Assembly: GCA_963842085.1 (NCBI GenBank)
Contig: CAWJET010000001.1
Coordinates: 1-64,000, forward strand
Origin: an uncultured delta proteobacterium
GTDB taxonomy: Bacteria > Desulfobacterota > Binatia > Binatales > Binataceae
DNA length: 64,000 nt
Direction: 5' to 3'
Shown: piece after piece, positions 50,071 to 61,400 of the stretch
How the letters are laid out: each line of letters starts with the position of its first letter
How positions within the stretch are numbered: position 1 is the stretch's first letter
Position numbers and translations under genes: made by a program
The notes under the pieces: generated by a model
Told to the model about the DNA's origin: nothing
The model's input: the letters and a program-made list of their open reading frames with translations, nothing else
Database searches by the model: none

Positions 50071-51339
50071 TCAGGCGCAAATATTGTGGGTAGTGTTTGA
50101 GAGTTTGACAGCCGTGTCTCGCCCACTATCGATCGTCACGTTGAGGATCTCGCTTGAGCGCGCCATCGGCGGATCGCAGTACGGCGCCAACTGATCGAAG
50201 AAGCTGTCCGGCTCGATTACCGCCTCGGGCGCGAACACTCCAGGTGTGGCGAGGCGTCCTTCCAACAATTGCCGTAACCCGAGCGCCAGCGGCACGCCCG
50301 TCGACTTCGCCATTCCCTTCGGAACCGTGCTGACCGATACGCCGATGCGCGCCACCTTTCCGTTCTTTGTTCCGGCCGCGAACGCGAAGAACGGAGGCAA
50401 ATCGCCATGACCTTTAAGGCCCAGCGACTTTACTACGGCCTTGAGGGTTCGTAGGGCGCCTGGGGCAATCATGATCGCTGCTGCCTGCTCGTTGGTGAGA
50501 CTCTTCTGATCCAGCGCCGCGTTGAGATCCTTCAGCAGGGAAAGCGCCTGGGTCGTGAGGATCATCAAACACGCACTCCGCCCACGAATCCCGAGTGTCG
50601 CGCACATCGTCAGCGGCTCGGGATGGCCTACAGTGTAGGCCGTGCCTCGCCCGCGACCAGGATAATCAATCTCGACCGCATCGAGCGGAGGTCGATCGAC
50701 GAGTCGTCCGCCTTCTACTACGCGAATCAACCCGGAGATCTGCTGCATCAGATGAAGCACTGCCGCGCTCGGCTTGCCGTTTTGATCGACCAGTAACTCT
50801 TTATCTTCGCTAATCGAAACGCCGCCGATCGGCACGTCCAACGGCCACGCGGTGTACAGGTCGGTGACTTCGTCGAGCTCGCGCGCCGCCACCTTGGCGA
50901 GCAGGTTCGACACGCCGGGGCTGGCTCCCATGCCAATGACCGCCACAACTCCGGCGTTGGTTGCGTTCTGATGCTCGCGCATCATCTCGAGCGTCGGTTC
51001 CCAGTCGTCGCAGATATCCAGATAATGCGTGCGCGCTTCGATCGCTGCACGCAGGATTGGAACTCCGAACTTATGGAATGGCCCGGTTGTGTTGAGCACC
51101 GCGCCCGCTTCGCTCAGGAGTCGCCGGAGCGCTATGCTGTCGGTAACGTCGATTCGTTCGGCGTGGATCCTGACCTTGCCCGACGTGGCAATCTCCGCGG
51201 CGATCTTTTCCGCAGCCGCGAGATCGCGATCGCCGATGATAACCTCGCGTATGCCGTCGAGTGATGCCACAGTCCGCACCGCGACGTGGCCCATGTTTCC
51301 GGCACCGCCCAGCACCACGATTCGTTCGACTGGTTTCAT
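50071..51339 (-). CDS. Saccharopine dehydrogenase-like oxidoreductase
   Basis: GGAGNMG, NTTGPF, YLDICDD, GASPG, GVFAPE. Confidence 0.85.
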   Translation of the reverse strand: MKPVERIVVLGGAGNMGHVAVRTVASLDGIREVIIGDRDLAAAEKIAAEIATSGKVRIHAERIDVTDSIALRRLLSEAGAVLNTTGPFHKFGVPILRAAIEARTHYLDICDDWEPTLEMMREHQNATNAGVVAVIGMGASPGVSNLLAKVAARELDEVTDLYTAWPLDVPIGGVSISEDKELLVDQNGKPSAAVLHLMQQISGLIRVVEGGRLVDRPPLDAVEIDYPGRGRGTAYTVGHPEPLTMCATLGIRGRSACLMILTTQALSLLKDLNAALDQKSLTNEQAAAIMIAPGALRTLKAVVKSLGLKGHGDLPPFFAFAAGTKNGKVARIGVSVSTVPKGMAKSTGVPLALGLRQLLEGRLATPGVFAPEAVIEPDSFFDQLAPYCDPPMARSSEILNVTIDSGRDTAVKLSNTTHNICA

Positions 51340-51361
51340 AATATATCGCAGCAACTCCAAA

Positions 51362-51433
51362 AGTTGAACAGTAGTCAGGTTTATAGCAAAGCGATCTCTT
51401 TCTGGCAAGACCATACTTGAACATCCGTCAAGT
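51362..51433. promoter_or_regulatory. Two probable TetR operators in the divergent gap
   Basis: AGTTGAACAGTAGTCAGGT at 51362; ACTTGAACATCCGTCAAGT at 51415. Confidence 0.55.
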
Positions 51434-51437
51434 TTCG

Positions 51438-52094
51438 ATGTACCCTCTCAAACCTATGGCGAAGACTCCGAGAAGAAGCCGTACCCGGACGGTATCGTCG
51501 CGCGCGATTCCCAAGCAGGAGCGGTCCCGAGCGCGGGTCGCCACGATTCTCGCGGCGACTGCCAGACTCCTTGCCAAATCCGGCTTCGATGCATTGAATA
51601 CACGTCAGATTGCGGCTGCCGCCAAGCTGCCCCCGGGGCTTCTCTATCACTACTTTCCGAATAAAGCGGCCATCGTGATGCGACTGGCTGAACAGAATGT
51701 TCAACCGCTGCGCGAGGAACTCGCGCAAATGCTCAGTGAAGCAAGGGCGACCTCGTGGAGAGAAGCGATCCGCCGGTTGATCGCCAAGCTCAGCGCAGCC
51801 TATCGGGCAGAGCCTGCGGCAACGGCAATCCTGCAGGCGCTGCAGAGCGATCCGGAGCTCAGGCGATTAAACGCGGAGATGAATGATCAGTTCGCTCGAA
51901 TGATCGCGAGATTCTTGCGCGCGGTAGGGGCACGCGCCGATTCTAGAACTCTGATGCGCAGCGCTCGCCTCGTCGTTCTGATCTGCGACGCCGTGGCTTT
52001 CGACCTGGTTGCAGTTGGCCCTGCCGCGGCCGAGAAATTGTCAGACGAAGTATCTGTGCTTTTGGTCTCTTATCTTGGAAAATACTTGAGATGA
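51438..52094 (+). CDS. TetR-family regulator
   Basis: PKQERSRARV..IL...GFDALNTRQIA...LYHYFPNK. Confidence 0.9.
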   Translation: MYPLKPMAKTPRRSRTRTVSSRAIPKQERSRARVATILAATARLLAKSGFDALNTRQIAAAAKLPPGLLYHYFPNKAAIVMRLAEQNVQPLREELAQMLSEARATSWREAIRRLIAKLSAAYRAEPAATAILQALQSDPELRRLNAEMNDQFARMIARFLRAVGARADSRTLMRSARLVVLICDAVAFDLVAVGPAAAEKLSDEVSVLLVSYLGKYLR

Positions 52095-52189
52095 CATTAT
52101 CCGTTGCCAATGAAGGCACTGAGTAGGTTCGAGGAATCCAGCCGTCTTTTTTGCAACGGCGTCTTGAAGGTAACAGGGCTTTATTCGCA

Positions 52190-52218
52190 GCGGCGCCCGC
52201 GCGAAGCGCGGGCGCCGC
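52190..52218. terminator. Perfect 13-bp GC hairpin downstream of ardC
   Basis: GCGGCGCCCGCGC-GAA-GCGCGGGCGCCGC; no U tract. Confidence 0.45.
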
Positions 52219-52223
52219 GCCGC

Positions 52224-53099
52224 TTACGCGACTGGGTGAGGTCGGGAGAGGATGAAGTCTGCCGCGTGCTGCGCTTGGGCTGCGGCTAGAATCACAAGGC
52301 GACGATCGTCGCGGAGCTTCTTTAGCCAGCCGGCCACGTATGCGGCTTGGTTAGCGATTACTGCGTTCGAGATTCCTGCTTCGGCGCACAAGTAAGCGCC
52401 TCCCATTTCTGCGATCAATTCTTCTTTGGAGTAGGCGGCGGATCCAAACTCGGCGGCTTCTGTAATGCTCTCGCGCGCAAGTCGCTTTCCGTGACCGGTC
52501 GAGTGGATTGCCTCGTGAAAAATCGTTGATCCGTATTCCTCCGCTGAGACAAACAGATTTCGGGGCGGCATCGTGATCCGATCCGCGGCGCTGCTGTAAA
52601 ACGCCTTGGTTCCGGCATGCTCGATCGCGGGCGGGTTCGGCATTCCGGCAATGATCCGCTCTACCGCTTCGATCGAATCGTGCTGGTGGGTTTCAATCTT
52701 CGGCAGCTTTTCGAGGGCGCGTTCCGTTAGCTCGCACTGCTCGACGTTCCAGACCCGATAGTATCGAAGGACAAAGCGGCGGCGAGACTCGTTATCGGTT
52801 TCCGCTTCGCTCGTGGGCTCGGTCTCGGCGCGTCGATCTTCGACCTTCCAGAAAACTATGATCGTGCTCTCCTCGCCTTTGCGAATGTGTCCGCCGAGTT
52901 CGTTCGCCTGTCGCATGGTCAACCAGTACGGCTGCACGTACTTGGACGCTGAAAGCAGAAAATGATTGATCCCTCGATATGGCTTCTTGCTCACGACATT
53001 GCGCGGCAATCCGCCTCCGGTCCACGGCCTGCGCCATGGCACGACGCCTTGTTCAAGCAGGTTGATGATCTTTTCCGTTACAATCGCATACACGTCCAT
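52224..53099 (-). CDS. ardC: ArdC-family antirestriction ssDNA-binding protein
   Basis: PWRRPW, PYRGIN, WLT..QANELGG..RKGE, HEAIHSTGH, EELIAE. Confidence 0.92.
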   Translation of the reverse strand: MDVYAIVTEKIINLLEQGVVPWRRPWTGGGLPRNVVSKKPYRGINHFLLSASKYVQPYWLTMRQANELGGHIRKGEESTIIVFWKVEDRRAETEPTSEAETDNESRRRFVLRYYRVWNVEQCELTERALEKLPKIETHQHDSIEAVERIIAGMPNPPAIEHAGTKAFYSSAADRITMPPRNLFVSAEEYGSTIFHEAIHSTGHGKRLARESITEAAEFGSAAYSKEELIAEMGGAYLCAEAGISNAVIANQAAYVAGWLKKLRDDRRLVILAAAQAQHAADFILSRPHPVA

Positions 53100-53178
53100 T
53101 GTCGTAATCTCCGAAATTGAATTCGTTTGGTTTGAAGAGAGAGCCGCTCTTTCGCGACTCTCTCCTGATTGATGAGTC

Positions 53179-53562
53179 TTAGAAGGGGATATCGTCGGAC
53201 GCTTTCGCTTTTGGTGCGGCGGTTCCGTTCGTGCGATTTCCGAGCAAACGCATTTGCAGCGCTACGATCTCGGTTCGATAGCGCGTGCCGCTCCCGTCCT
53301 TCGCCTCGTACTGGCGGGTTGTCAGCCGTCCCTCGACGTAGACCTGGCGTCCCTTGGAAAGCAGGCGCTGGCAGTTGTCCGCGAGCTTCCCGAAGGCGAC
53401 CACGCGATGCCATTCGGTACGCTCCTGTTGCTCGCCGTTTCGATCCTTGAATCGAGCCTTGGTTGCGACTGAGAAATTCGCCACGTTCTGACCTGACGGC
53501 AGTGCGCGAACCTCGGGATCACGGCCCAGATTTCCGACTACGATCGCTTTGTTGATAGACAT
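53179..53562 (-). CDS. ssb: Single-stranded DNA-binding protein
   Basis: [33 protein letters not shown]. Confidence 0.95.
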   Translation of the reverse strand: MSINKAIVVGNLGRDPEVRALPSGQNVANFSVATKARFKDRNGEQQERTEWHRVVAFGKLADNCQRLLSKGRQVYVEGRLTTRQYEAKDGSGTRYRTEIVALQMRLLGNRTNGTAAPKAKASDDIPF

Positions 53563-53595
53563 GACACTTACCTCCAATTCCTTTTGCTGTTTGAT

Positions 53596-53805
53596 TTAGA
53601 ATCCGTCTTCGTCGATCCGGTGGGCGTTGAAATCGCGTTCAGCCTTTTCGCCGTGACCGCAGCGAGTGCCGTAGAGGCCCTTATCGCAGGGGTAGTAGAA
53701 CGCTCGCTCTCCAGAACTGATTCCCGTCTGGCAATTCGGCTCGGCGCATCTCGCCGGATACCGGACGGTGATCCACTTGGGATCGCACTTGAACCTTCGT
53801 CTCAT
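53596..53805 (-). CDS. Small Cys-containing hypothetical protein
   Basis: AAGGAG RBS; MRRRFKCDPKWITVRYPARCAEPNC...FYYP...; first gene of the ssb-ardC operon. Confidence 0.65.
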   Translation of the reverse strand: MRRRFKCDPKWITVRYPARCAEPNCQTGISSGERAFYYPCDKGLYGTRCGHGEKAERDFNAHRIDEDGF

Positions 53806-54248
53806 TGTCGTTTCTCCTTTCCGCCCGCTTCCCGTCATCGGGCAGGGCGTGCTTCGCGTTTGCTTTCATCACCGCGCAACATTTTTCGCGGCGACCTCTC
53901 ACCCAAATCTGGAGGTCGCTGCGCAGATTCCAGATGCGCGAGCGGAGCGGGCGGCAGGACGTGCCACAGCGCAGCGGCCCGGAGGGCTGGCGCGGCGTGC
54001 TAGCGCAGCGAACGCTACCAATGAGAGCGGCCGCGAAGCGGAGATCGCAGGCGGAGATGGGGGTCGCGTTGGGCCGCGACGCGGAGTTTACGGAGCGCTC
54101 GCGGGGCGGCTCACAGCGGAGCGGCACGCGTGTCTGTTCAAAATGAGTCGGCGGAGGGACTTCGCGAGAATAAGCTTCGTCCTTCGTTTAGCCAATGCGA
54201 GTTTCTCTGGAGTAACGAAATACTCCTGAAGGCGCACAAACGGCTGAA

Positions 54249-54701
54249 ATGAAAAGGAGCGCGACTGTTCAAATCCCGTCTCTCCGCCACCCAGTCCACG
54301 ATTTTCTTGTTCTCTGCGGGAAAATGGAAAATACTGCGCGTGTTCGGGCATTTCTTCTACATGAGGGGACCGGAGAAGCTCGGATTCGCTTATCAACTGC
54401 CGACTTATGCTCAATTCTCTCTGTCGAGAACCTAGCCGGCGCCCTTCCCGTGTGGTCTGCGAAGAGAGGTTCGCCAGGATATCGGGTTTCGGCCGACACG
54501 ATTCGCCACACGGCCGCGGGCCGCGGCGGATCTCGCTTAGGTAGACGGGTTGGTGAGCAGCTCGCGCAACGCGCCGCTTCCGAGAGGTTGTCCCTCGAAC
54601 GGCTGTCCACTTCTTGCGAGGAACAGATGAAACGATTCCCGGGAGGTTGTCTTTCCCACGTGCGGTACCTTGTTCTAAACTCCAACGCGAAGACCCGATA
54701 G
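54249..54701 (+). CDS. Hypothetical protein abutting hsdM
   Basis: 150-aa ORF whose stop is directly followed by the hsdM ATG. Confidence 0.45.
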   Translation: MKRSATVQIPSLRHPVHDFLVLCGKMENTARVRAFLLHEGTGEARIRLSTADLCSILSVENLAGALPVWSAKRGSPGYRVSADTIRHTAAGRGGSRLGRRVGEQLAQRAASERLSLERLSTSCEEQMKRFPGGCLSHVRYLVLNSNAKTR

Positions 54702-56126
54702 ATGCCCGACCATAACGACTTCTCAATCCTCATCTGGCAGATCGCGGATCTGCTGCGAGGACCGTATCGCCCGCCGCAGTACGAGCGCGTCATGTTGCCG
54801 ATGACTGTTTTACGCCGATTCGATTGCGTGCTGGCACCAACCAAGACCAGGGTCCTCGCGGAGCATGAAAAGCGAAAGGGTGGCAAACTCAACAACGAGG
54901 CCATCGACAGACTTCTGAACAAAGCGGCCGGTCAACGATTTCACAATCACTCCCCCTTGGACTTTGAAAAACTGAAGGGCGATCCGGACCACATTGATAA
55001 GCATCTGGCCAATTACATTGACGGCTTCTCCGCCAATGCTCGAACGATCTTTGATTTCTTTGAGTTCGAGAATGAGATCGAGAAGATGCGCGAGGCGAAT
55101 ATTCTCTACCTCGTAGTGTCCAAGTTCTGTGATGTGGACCTCCATCCGAAGACCGTAGCCAACGAGCAGATGGGGCTGATCTTCGAGAATCTCATCCGCC
55201 GTTTCAATGAATTGGCCAATGAAACCGCGGGCGATCATTTCACTCCGCGTGAAGTGATAAGGCTGATGGTGAATTTATTGTTCGTCAATGACGACGAGCT
55301 ACTCGCCACTCCTGGCACGGTGCGCAAACTCCTCGATCCTGCCTGCGGCACCGGTGGCATGCTCGCCGAAGCGCAGAACTATCTGCGCGAACATCACTCG
55401 GCGGCTCGCCTCTTTGTGTATGGGCAGGATTACAACAAACGCGCATTCGCGACTGCGGCGTCTGACATGCTCATGAAAGACGTCGATCACAACGGCGGCG
55501 GCGACAACGTTCGATTTGGGGATAGCTTCACCGAGGACCGATTCGAACGCGAAACTTTCGATTATCTCCTTTCAAACCCGCCGTTCGGAGTCGACTGGAA
55601 GAAGCAACAAAAAGAGATCACAAGTGAGCATCAAAAACGCGGCTTCGCGGGCCGCTTCGGTGCTGGGCTTCCGCGCGTGAACGACGGGTCGCTGCTGTTC
55701 CTGCAACACATGATCAGTAAGTTTGAGCCGGTGCTGCCTGATCAACACAAACACGGCTCGCGTCTCGGTATCGTCTTTAGTGGTTCTCCGCTGTTCACTG
55801 GGGGCGCAGGCTCAGGTGAGAGTGAGATTCGCAAATGGATAATTGAGAACGACTGGCTCGAAGCGATCGTCGCTCTACCCGAGCAGATGTTCTACAACAC
55901 CGGAATCGGAACGTATGTATGCATCGTCACCAACCGCAAGGAAAGGCGCCGCAGAGGCAAGATCCAGCTCCTAGACGCGCGAGCGCTCTATATCCCGCTC
56001 CGCCGCAGCCTTGGTGACAAGCGGCGCAAAATAGGTGAGAAGGAGGACGGCCGAGACCAAATAACCGAGATCGTGCAGCTCTACGGGCGCTTCGCTCGCA
56101 CTGACACCTCCAAGATATTCGACAAC
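54702..56126 (+). pseudogene. hsdM: Type I R-M methyltransferase subunit truncated by IS3
   Basis: IWQIADLLRG, HFTPRE, DPACGTGG, NPPF, FYNTGI; sequence breaks at SKIFDN into the IS end. Confidence 0.9.
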
Positions 56127-56166
56127 TGTACGTCGTCAGAACCTATTGGACAAGTTGGCACAGGAA

Positions 56167-57180
56167 TTAAGAGAGGATCTGGTCCATCTGAGTTGAACCT
56201 TTGGCTGCGAACGAATGATGCAGCCGGCGTCTGGCTTCGATGGTTTTCAGTTTGGCATTTTTCCTCCGTGACAGAATCGCGGGACCTCGGCCGAAGTAGA
56301 CGTCGGCCGGGGTCAGGTTGTTGAGACTTTCGTGGTAGCGGCGCGAGTTGTAGTAGTCGACGAACTCGGCCAGGCGCGCTTCGAGCTGACCGGGCAGGTA
56401 GTAGTTCTCGAGCAGGATCTGGTTCTTCATCGAACGATGGTAACGTTCGATCTTACCCTGGGTCATCGGGTGATAGGGCTTGCCGCGGGTATGCATCATG
56501 CCATGCTCCGCGAGCCAGGAGCCAAGCTGGGCCGACACGTACGACGGTCCGTTGTCGCTCAGCAGGCGCGGCCGGTGCCGGACGCGGACGCGCTCCAACC
56601 CGGAGTTGCGCAGCGCCATCGCGAGGGTGTCGGAGACATCGGTGGCAGTCATGGTGGTACACAGCTTCCAGGCCAGGATATAGCGCGAGAAGTCATCAAG
56701 GACAGTCGACAGATAGAACCAGCCCCAGCCGATCACCCGCAGGTAGGTAAAGTCGGTCTGCCAGAGTTGATTGGGTGCGGTGGTTGGATGGGCGAAGCTG
56801 TCGGCTGCCTTCATCAAGATGAAGGCCGGGCTGGTGATCAGGTCGTGCGCCTTCAGCAGCCGATAAACTGAGGCTTCCGAGACGAAGTACTGCTGCTGGT
56901 CGACGAACGAGACCGCCAACTCCCGCGGCGATAGCTGCGGTTCTTTGAGCGCAAGCTCGAGCACGGCCTGAGTAACTGCAGCTGGGAGCTTGTTCCACAC
57001 CCGCCGCGGCGCCGGCGTGCGATCCTCCAGCCCTTCATCATCGCGAGTTCGATAGCGATCGTACCAGCAATAGAAGGTGGACCGTGGGATGCCGATCTGC
57101 TCCAGGGTGCGCCGCACCGGCAGCGACGACTGCTCGACCAGCCGGATGATCTCCAGCTTCTCGGCGGCCGCGTACCTCAT
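56167..57180 (-). CDS. IS3 transposase OrfB
   Basis: DDE motifs plus YNSRRYHESL...TP. Confidence 0.93.
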   Translation of the reverse strand: MRYAAAEKLEIIRLVEQSSLPVRRTLEQIGIPRSTFYCWYDRYRTRDDEGLEDRTPAPRRVWNKLPAAVTQAVLELALKEPQLSPRELAVSFVDQQQYFVSEASVYRLLKAHDLITSPAFILMKAADSFAHPTTAPNQLWQTDFTYLRVIGWGWFYLSTVLDDFSRYILAWKLCTTMTATDVSDTLAMALRNSGLERVRVRHRPRLLSDNGPSYVSAQLGSWLAEHGMMHTRGKPYHPMTQGKIERYHRSMKNQILLENYYLPGQLEARLAEFVDYYNSRRYHESLNNLTPADVYFGRGPAILSRRKNAKLKTIEARRRLHHSFAAKGSTQMDQILS

Positions 57181-57551
57181 ATATCGGACTCCCCATCCGC
57201 CAGCACGCTTTTTTTGAGCAGGCGGTTCTCCATCATCAGTTCGGCCAGCAGTTCCTTGAGCTGATGGCTCTCCGCCCGCAGCTCCTTGACTTCATCGCTG
57301 GTCGCTTCACGCGCGGTATCGCCGGCCAGCCGCCTCTTGCCCGCCTCCAGGAAGTCCTTGGACCAGCGATAGTAGAGGTTCTGGTTGATCCCTTCCTTGC
57401 GGCACAACTCGGCCACGCTATCCTCGCCGCGCAGGCCGGCGATCACGATCCGGACCTTGTCCTCAGCCGAGAAGTGCCGGCGGGTCGCCCGCCTTATGTC
57501 GCGTACCGCCTTTTCCGCCCCATCCGACTGCGCATCGATTTTCGATCTCAT
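57177..57551 (-). CDS. IS3 transposase OrfA
   Basis: Paralog of 74..448. Confidence 0.92.
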   Translation of the reverse strand: MRSKIDAQSDGAEKAVRDIRRATRRHFSAEDKVRIVIAGLRGEDSVAELCRKEGINQNLYYRWSKDFLEAGKRRLAGDTAREATSDEVKELRAESHQLKELLAELMMENRLLKKSVLADGESDI

Positions 57552-57639
57552 CTACCGCTCCTTCCGCGGTTAAAGATGAGCCAAAAACCCTCTCTTCCTC
57601 AATCGCCTCGAATTGTCCAACTTGTGCTGACGGGGAACA

Positions 57640-58322
57640 AGCTCGCCATCGCAGACGCCCTTGACCTGCTGCAGACGTTCCGCGGCGCTGATCTTACGCA
57701 AACGATCTATCAGATTGAAAAGTCCCTGAGAGGAGCCTCGGCTGACGGCTACGCGGCCGTATTGACGACGAGCGGCGCGAAGGCAGAAGTTCTTGGCGCT
57801 GCGGGTCTAGTCAAGCGGTTGGCCGGACAGATCAATGTCGTCATCCACGCGTTAGGCATACTCTTGTGCCTCCCTCATATCCTTCGACCCGGCGAAATCA
57901 TCGACTACGTTTCACTGGGCGCCGGAAACACCGGTAGAGCATTTGATTTGGAGACTAACCAGCGTATCGCGGAATTCAAATTCATCCACTGGCGGGGCGG
58001 GCCGGAATCGATCCGCCAAAACTCGCTGTTCAAGGATTTCTATGAGATGGCGGAGTGCGAAACCCCGAAGGAGAAATACCTCTATATGCTCGGCTCAGAT
58101 CATGGGGAGAAGTTCTTTAATGGGGGCCGCGCCTTGACCAGCGTCTTGAGCAGCAACGGAACCCTGCGGAAGAAGTTCAATGATAAATTCGGGAATCGCT
58201 ATCGCAGTGTGCGCGACTATTATGTGCCAAGGAAAGGGCTCGTGGTAATTCAGGATGTATCGACCTTTGTGCCCGAACTGGTTGCAGCGGCTGTCGAGGC
58301 TGTTGAAGCTGACGAGGTGTGA
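57640..58322 (+). pseudogene. PD-(D/E)xK-like nuclease, 5' end replaced by IS3
   Basis: FDLETNQRIAEFK D...ExK motif; open frame begins at the IS boundary with no native start. Confidence 0.55.
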
Positions 58323-58457
58323 GCCTATGCCGGCGTGCCCAGATATGGCAGCGAGCATCGCCGGCCGCACTATTGGTCAGATTCTCGGACGCCTATTCGG
58401 TGATGCAAAGTAGACAGGCGAGAATTCTTTTAGGGTACAGCTCGATGGAGTCATTGT

Positions 58458-61400
58458 TCAATTCCATTCGCCGATCAGTACAAAGGGAGCCCAGAAGAAT
58501 GGGGATGCCAAAGACTGCTGCTCGCCAGTGACGGCGCTTTTGATCTGCTTCCGCATCGTCTCAAGGCGAGCTCGACGCAATGCGTCCGGCTTGGGGAGCC
58601 CGCTCTTGAGCCCTCTGTAGAAGGACTCCATGAACAGACTGGTGGACTCGTCGCTCACCTCCCAAAGGCTCGCGACGACCGATCGACTGCCAGCGAACAA
58701 GAACGCACTCGTCAGGCCGACGATGCCTTCGCCGCGAGACATCTTGCCGCGAGCGGTCTCACATGCCGAAAGCACGACAAGATCCGCCTTCAGGCGAAGA
58801 TTGAAGATCTCGGACATTTTTAGCAAGTCACTGTCGGGTGCGCCGGTACTATCTGGAGAAAAGATTAGAGCGGGCTGGTTAATCCATCGAACCTCGTCGC
58901 CCATAACGGCATGCGTGGCGAAGTGAAGGGTACGGTACTGGCTCAAGTCGAGCCCCAACAACGCTCGCTTAGTGGCATTGCTTCCAAGATAGACAGAACT
59001 CGATTGTGGGCTGATCCCATAGACCGCTAGAATCGCGTGCACTTCCTCGGCCGAATAAGGGAGGCGATCAAAACCGACACCCATTTTTGCATAAGCACCG
59101 CGCGTGCTGAGCGCGAGTTGGGACGGCGCGGGAGTGGATTGAAAAGCTGGATCTCCGAAAGCTAACAGAGGGCGTTGAGCGGAGCTCGGATTGCGCCTGA
59201 TGCCTTTCAGAGCGACAAGGACCGAAGCGGACGGAGCGTAGCTGAAGTCATACGCCTTGCCCAAGTAGGGCTGAGACGCAAGAGAGTCCGCTGGCCCGTC
59301 CAGTTTCGCGTCGGCATCGATGATTGCTTCGAACGGCAAATAGAAGAGGTCGGCATCTGGCACGACCACAATGTGGTGTTTGCCCGCGATTTGATCTCGG
59401 ACAGGAGCAACGAGATCGGCATAGAGTTGCTTTGCGAGTTGCATGTGGCTGTTTATCTCCGAGCTTCCGAATAGCGGTTGTCGAAGCGTCGGTAGGAATT
59501 GGTCCAATGTTTTGTCGATGACGTCTTGGGCCGGGAGCCGGTACAGCCGGATTTGACGGTTCGTTATAACCCCGACCCCTGAGAACGACGGTCCGAGATC
59601 GTACTCCAGGAGCACAGTGTCGTCGTCCAGCAAAGCCTGGACATCGGAGACTCGCACGGGTGTTGACGATTCCATGCTCGCGTATTTCGCATTTGTTGCG
59701 GCGATTTTTTCGTGAACCTGGCGCAGCTCCGCCGTTTGCTCAGTCAGAGCGTCTTGCAAAGTCACTTTTCTGAGCTCTGAGACCGTTGCATCGGAAAACG
59801 CATTCTGGAGCGCCGAAATCTTTACTCGCACCGCATCTTCTTGTCGAACCAACGCTGGATCGACACCCTCGCGAGCGCGAACGCCCGCGTCGTTCAAGAG
59901 ATCCAAAAGGGCGCGCGCCTTCCCTTCTTCGTGGTACGTGAAAGCTTGGTCAAGCAGCTCAGCCGATGGCGCTTTCGCATACAGTTCGAGCGTTACGCGC
60001 GTCAGGTTTTCGTAGAGACCCCAGGCGAGTTCCCTTGAGGAAAGCTGCAGCTCTGGCAGCTGCTGCCCGCCTCCGAATCGTTCCATTACTTCAGCGGCGC
60101 GCCGGTCGTAGCTAAGCGCGGCATCTAGGTCGCCCTGCTTCTCGTAAGCGTAACCGATCCGCGCATAGACCCACATAACTTCGGGACTCTTATATTTTTC
60201 CGCTATAGCCTCCGCTTCTGCGAATGCGCTTAGGGCGTCCGCGTAATCGTTCACGCGCATGTACGCATCTCCAAGGAAAACCGAAGCGAGCGCCAGTTTG
60301 CGAAGAGTCTGTTCATTCTGCGGCAGCTTACGATACACCGCTACCAGCGGCCGCAACATTGTCATCGCGTCTGCTGGAGTGCCGTATTCGGCCTCCATCT
60401 CGCCAATAGCGAGGAAAGAGTCTCCAAGAAGGAAGTTCATGGCCTTGGAGCGGTCTTTGAGCACACTGCTGGCAAGTTCCTCGCCTTGCTGTTCGTACTT
60501 TGCTTGGGCCGACAAATCTCCGATCTGACCTGCGACGTAATACAGTCGAAGGAGATCCGTCATTTGTGCATCGTCATCTCCAGCCTGTCGGCTTTCCATG
60601 AGGGCGTAATCGTACCATCGCGCTGATGCTCTGAAATCCCCGATCTGCCGATAGATCTCGGCGACTTTTGCGAGGGTTAGTCCGGCGTTCTTGTGATCGG
60701 CGATCGACCGGTATACTTCGACGCCCTGGGTATAGAAGGCGAAGGCTTGATCATAGTTGCCAAGGTCACGCTCAATGTTGCCACGCTCTGCAAGAATGCT
60801 TCCTTCGATTTGCGTCCGCTGCCGCGCATTGGTGAATTCAGGGAGCGCGCGCGATGCGTCGTCAAGGTAACTTTGAGCAGCGGCAAAGTCACCGGACGTT
60901 TCGGCCAATTCCCCTAAGCCGTAGAGCGCGGGCGAGTAGCGCGGCTTCGCACTGAGAGCCCTCTGATAAGCGTGCCGCGCGTCCTCGACCAGCCCAATAT
61001 TGGCGTAGCCATTACCAAGGTACCAGTAACACTCCGCGCAATCGGGCCTGAGTTTAACCGCTTCGCTGGCGGAATCGACGGTGCGTTGCCACAAGCCAAA
61101 AGTTTGATAAGAAAATGCGAGCGCCGAATAAGATGCGTAATTCGATGATGTACCGTTGACGCGACTTAACCTTTGGAGAGAGTTCCACGCTTCAGGCAGT
61201 CTTCCCAGCTGAACGTCCACGAACGCAAGCTGGGCGTAGGCATCAAAATAGTCGGCTTTCAGGGCTATAGCCTTCGCATATGCTGATGCGGCCTCTGGAA
61301 GCCGATTCGTCGTGCCGTAAGCCGTTCCCAAGAGGTAGTACGCCTCCGGGACGTCCGGCTTGAGGCGAATCGCCTGCTGTTCGGCGATGATTTCCTGATC

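Larger units (their letters stand above)
56127..57639 (-). mobile_element. IS3-family insertion sequence, copy 2 (apparently intact)
   Basis: IRs TGTTCCCCGTCAGCACAAGTTGGACA / TGTACGTCGTCAGAACCTATTGGACA; A7G site at 57208-57215; no target duplication (AAC vs AGC). Confidence 0.95.

Noticed and set aside
53951-53966. Sigma-54 promoter for the ssb-ardC operon (TGGCACGTCCTGCCGC)
   Set aside because: The GC is not at GG-N10-GC spacing.
57264-57639. N-terminal part of the 352-aa ORF 57264..58322
   Set aside because: It is antisense read-through of IS3 orfA and the left IR, not native gene sequence.
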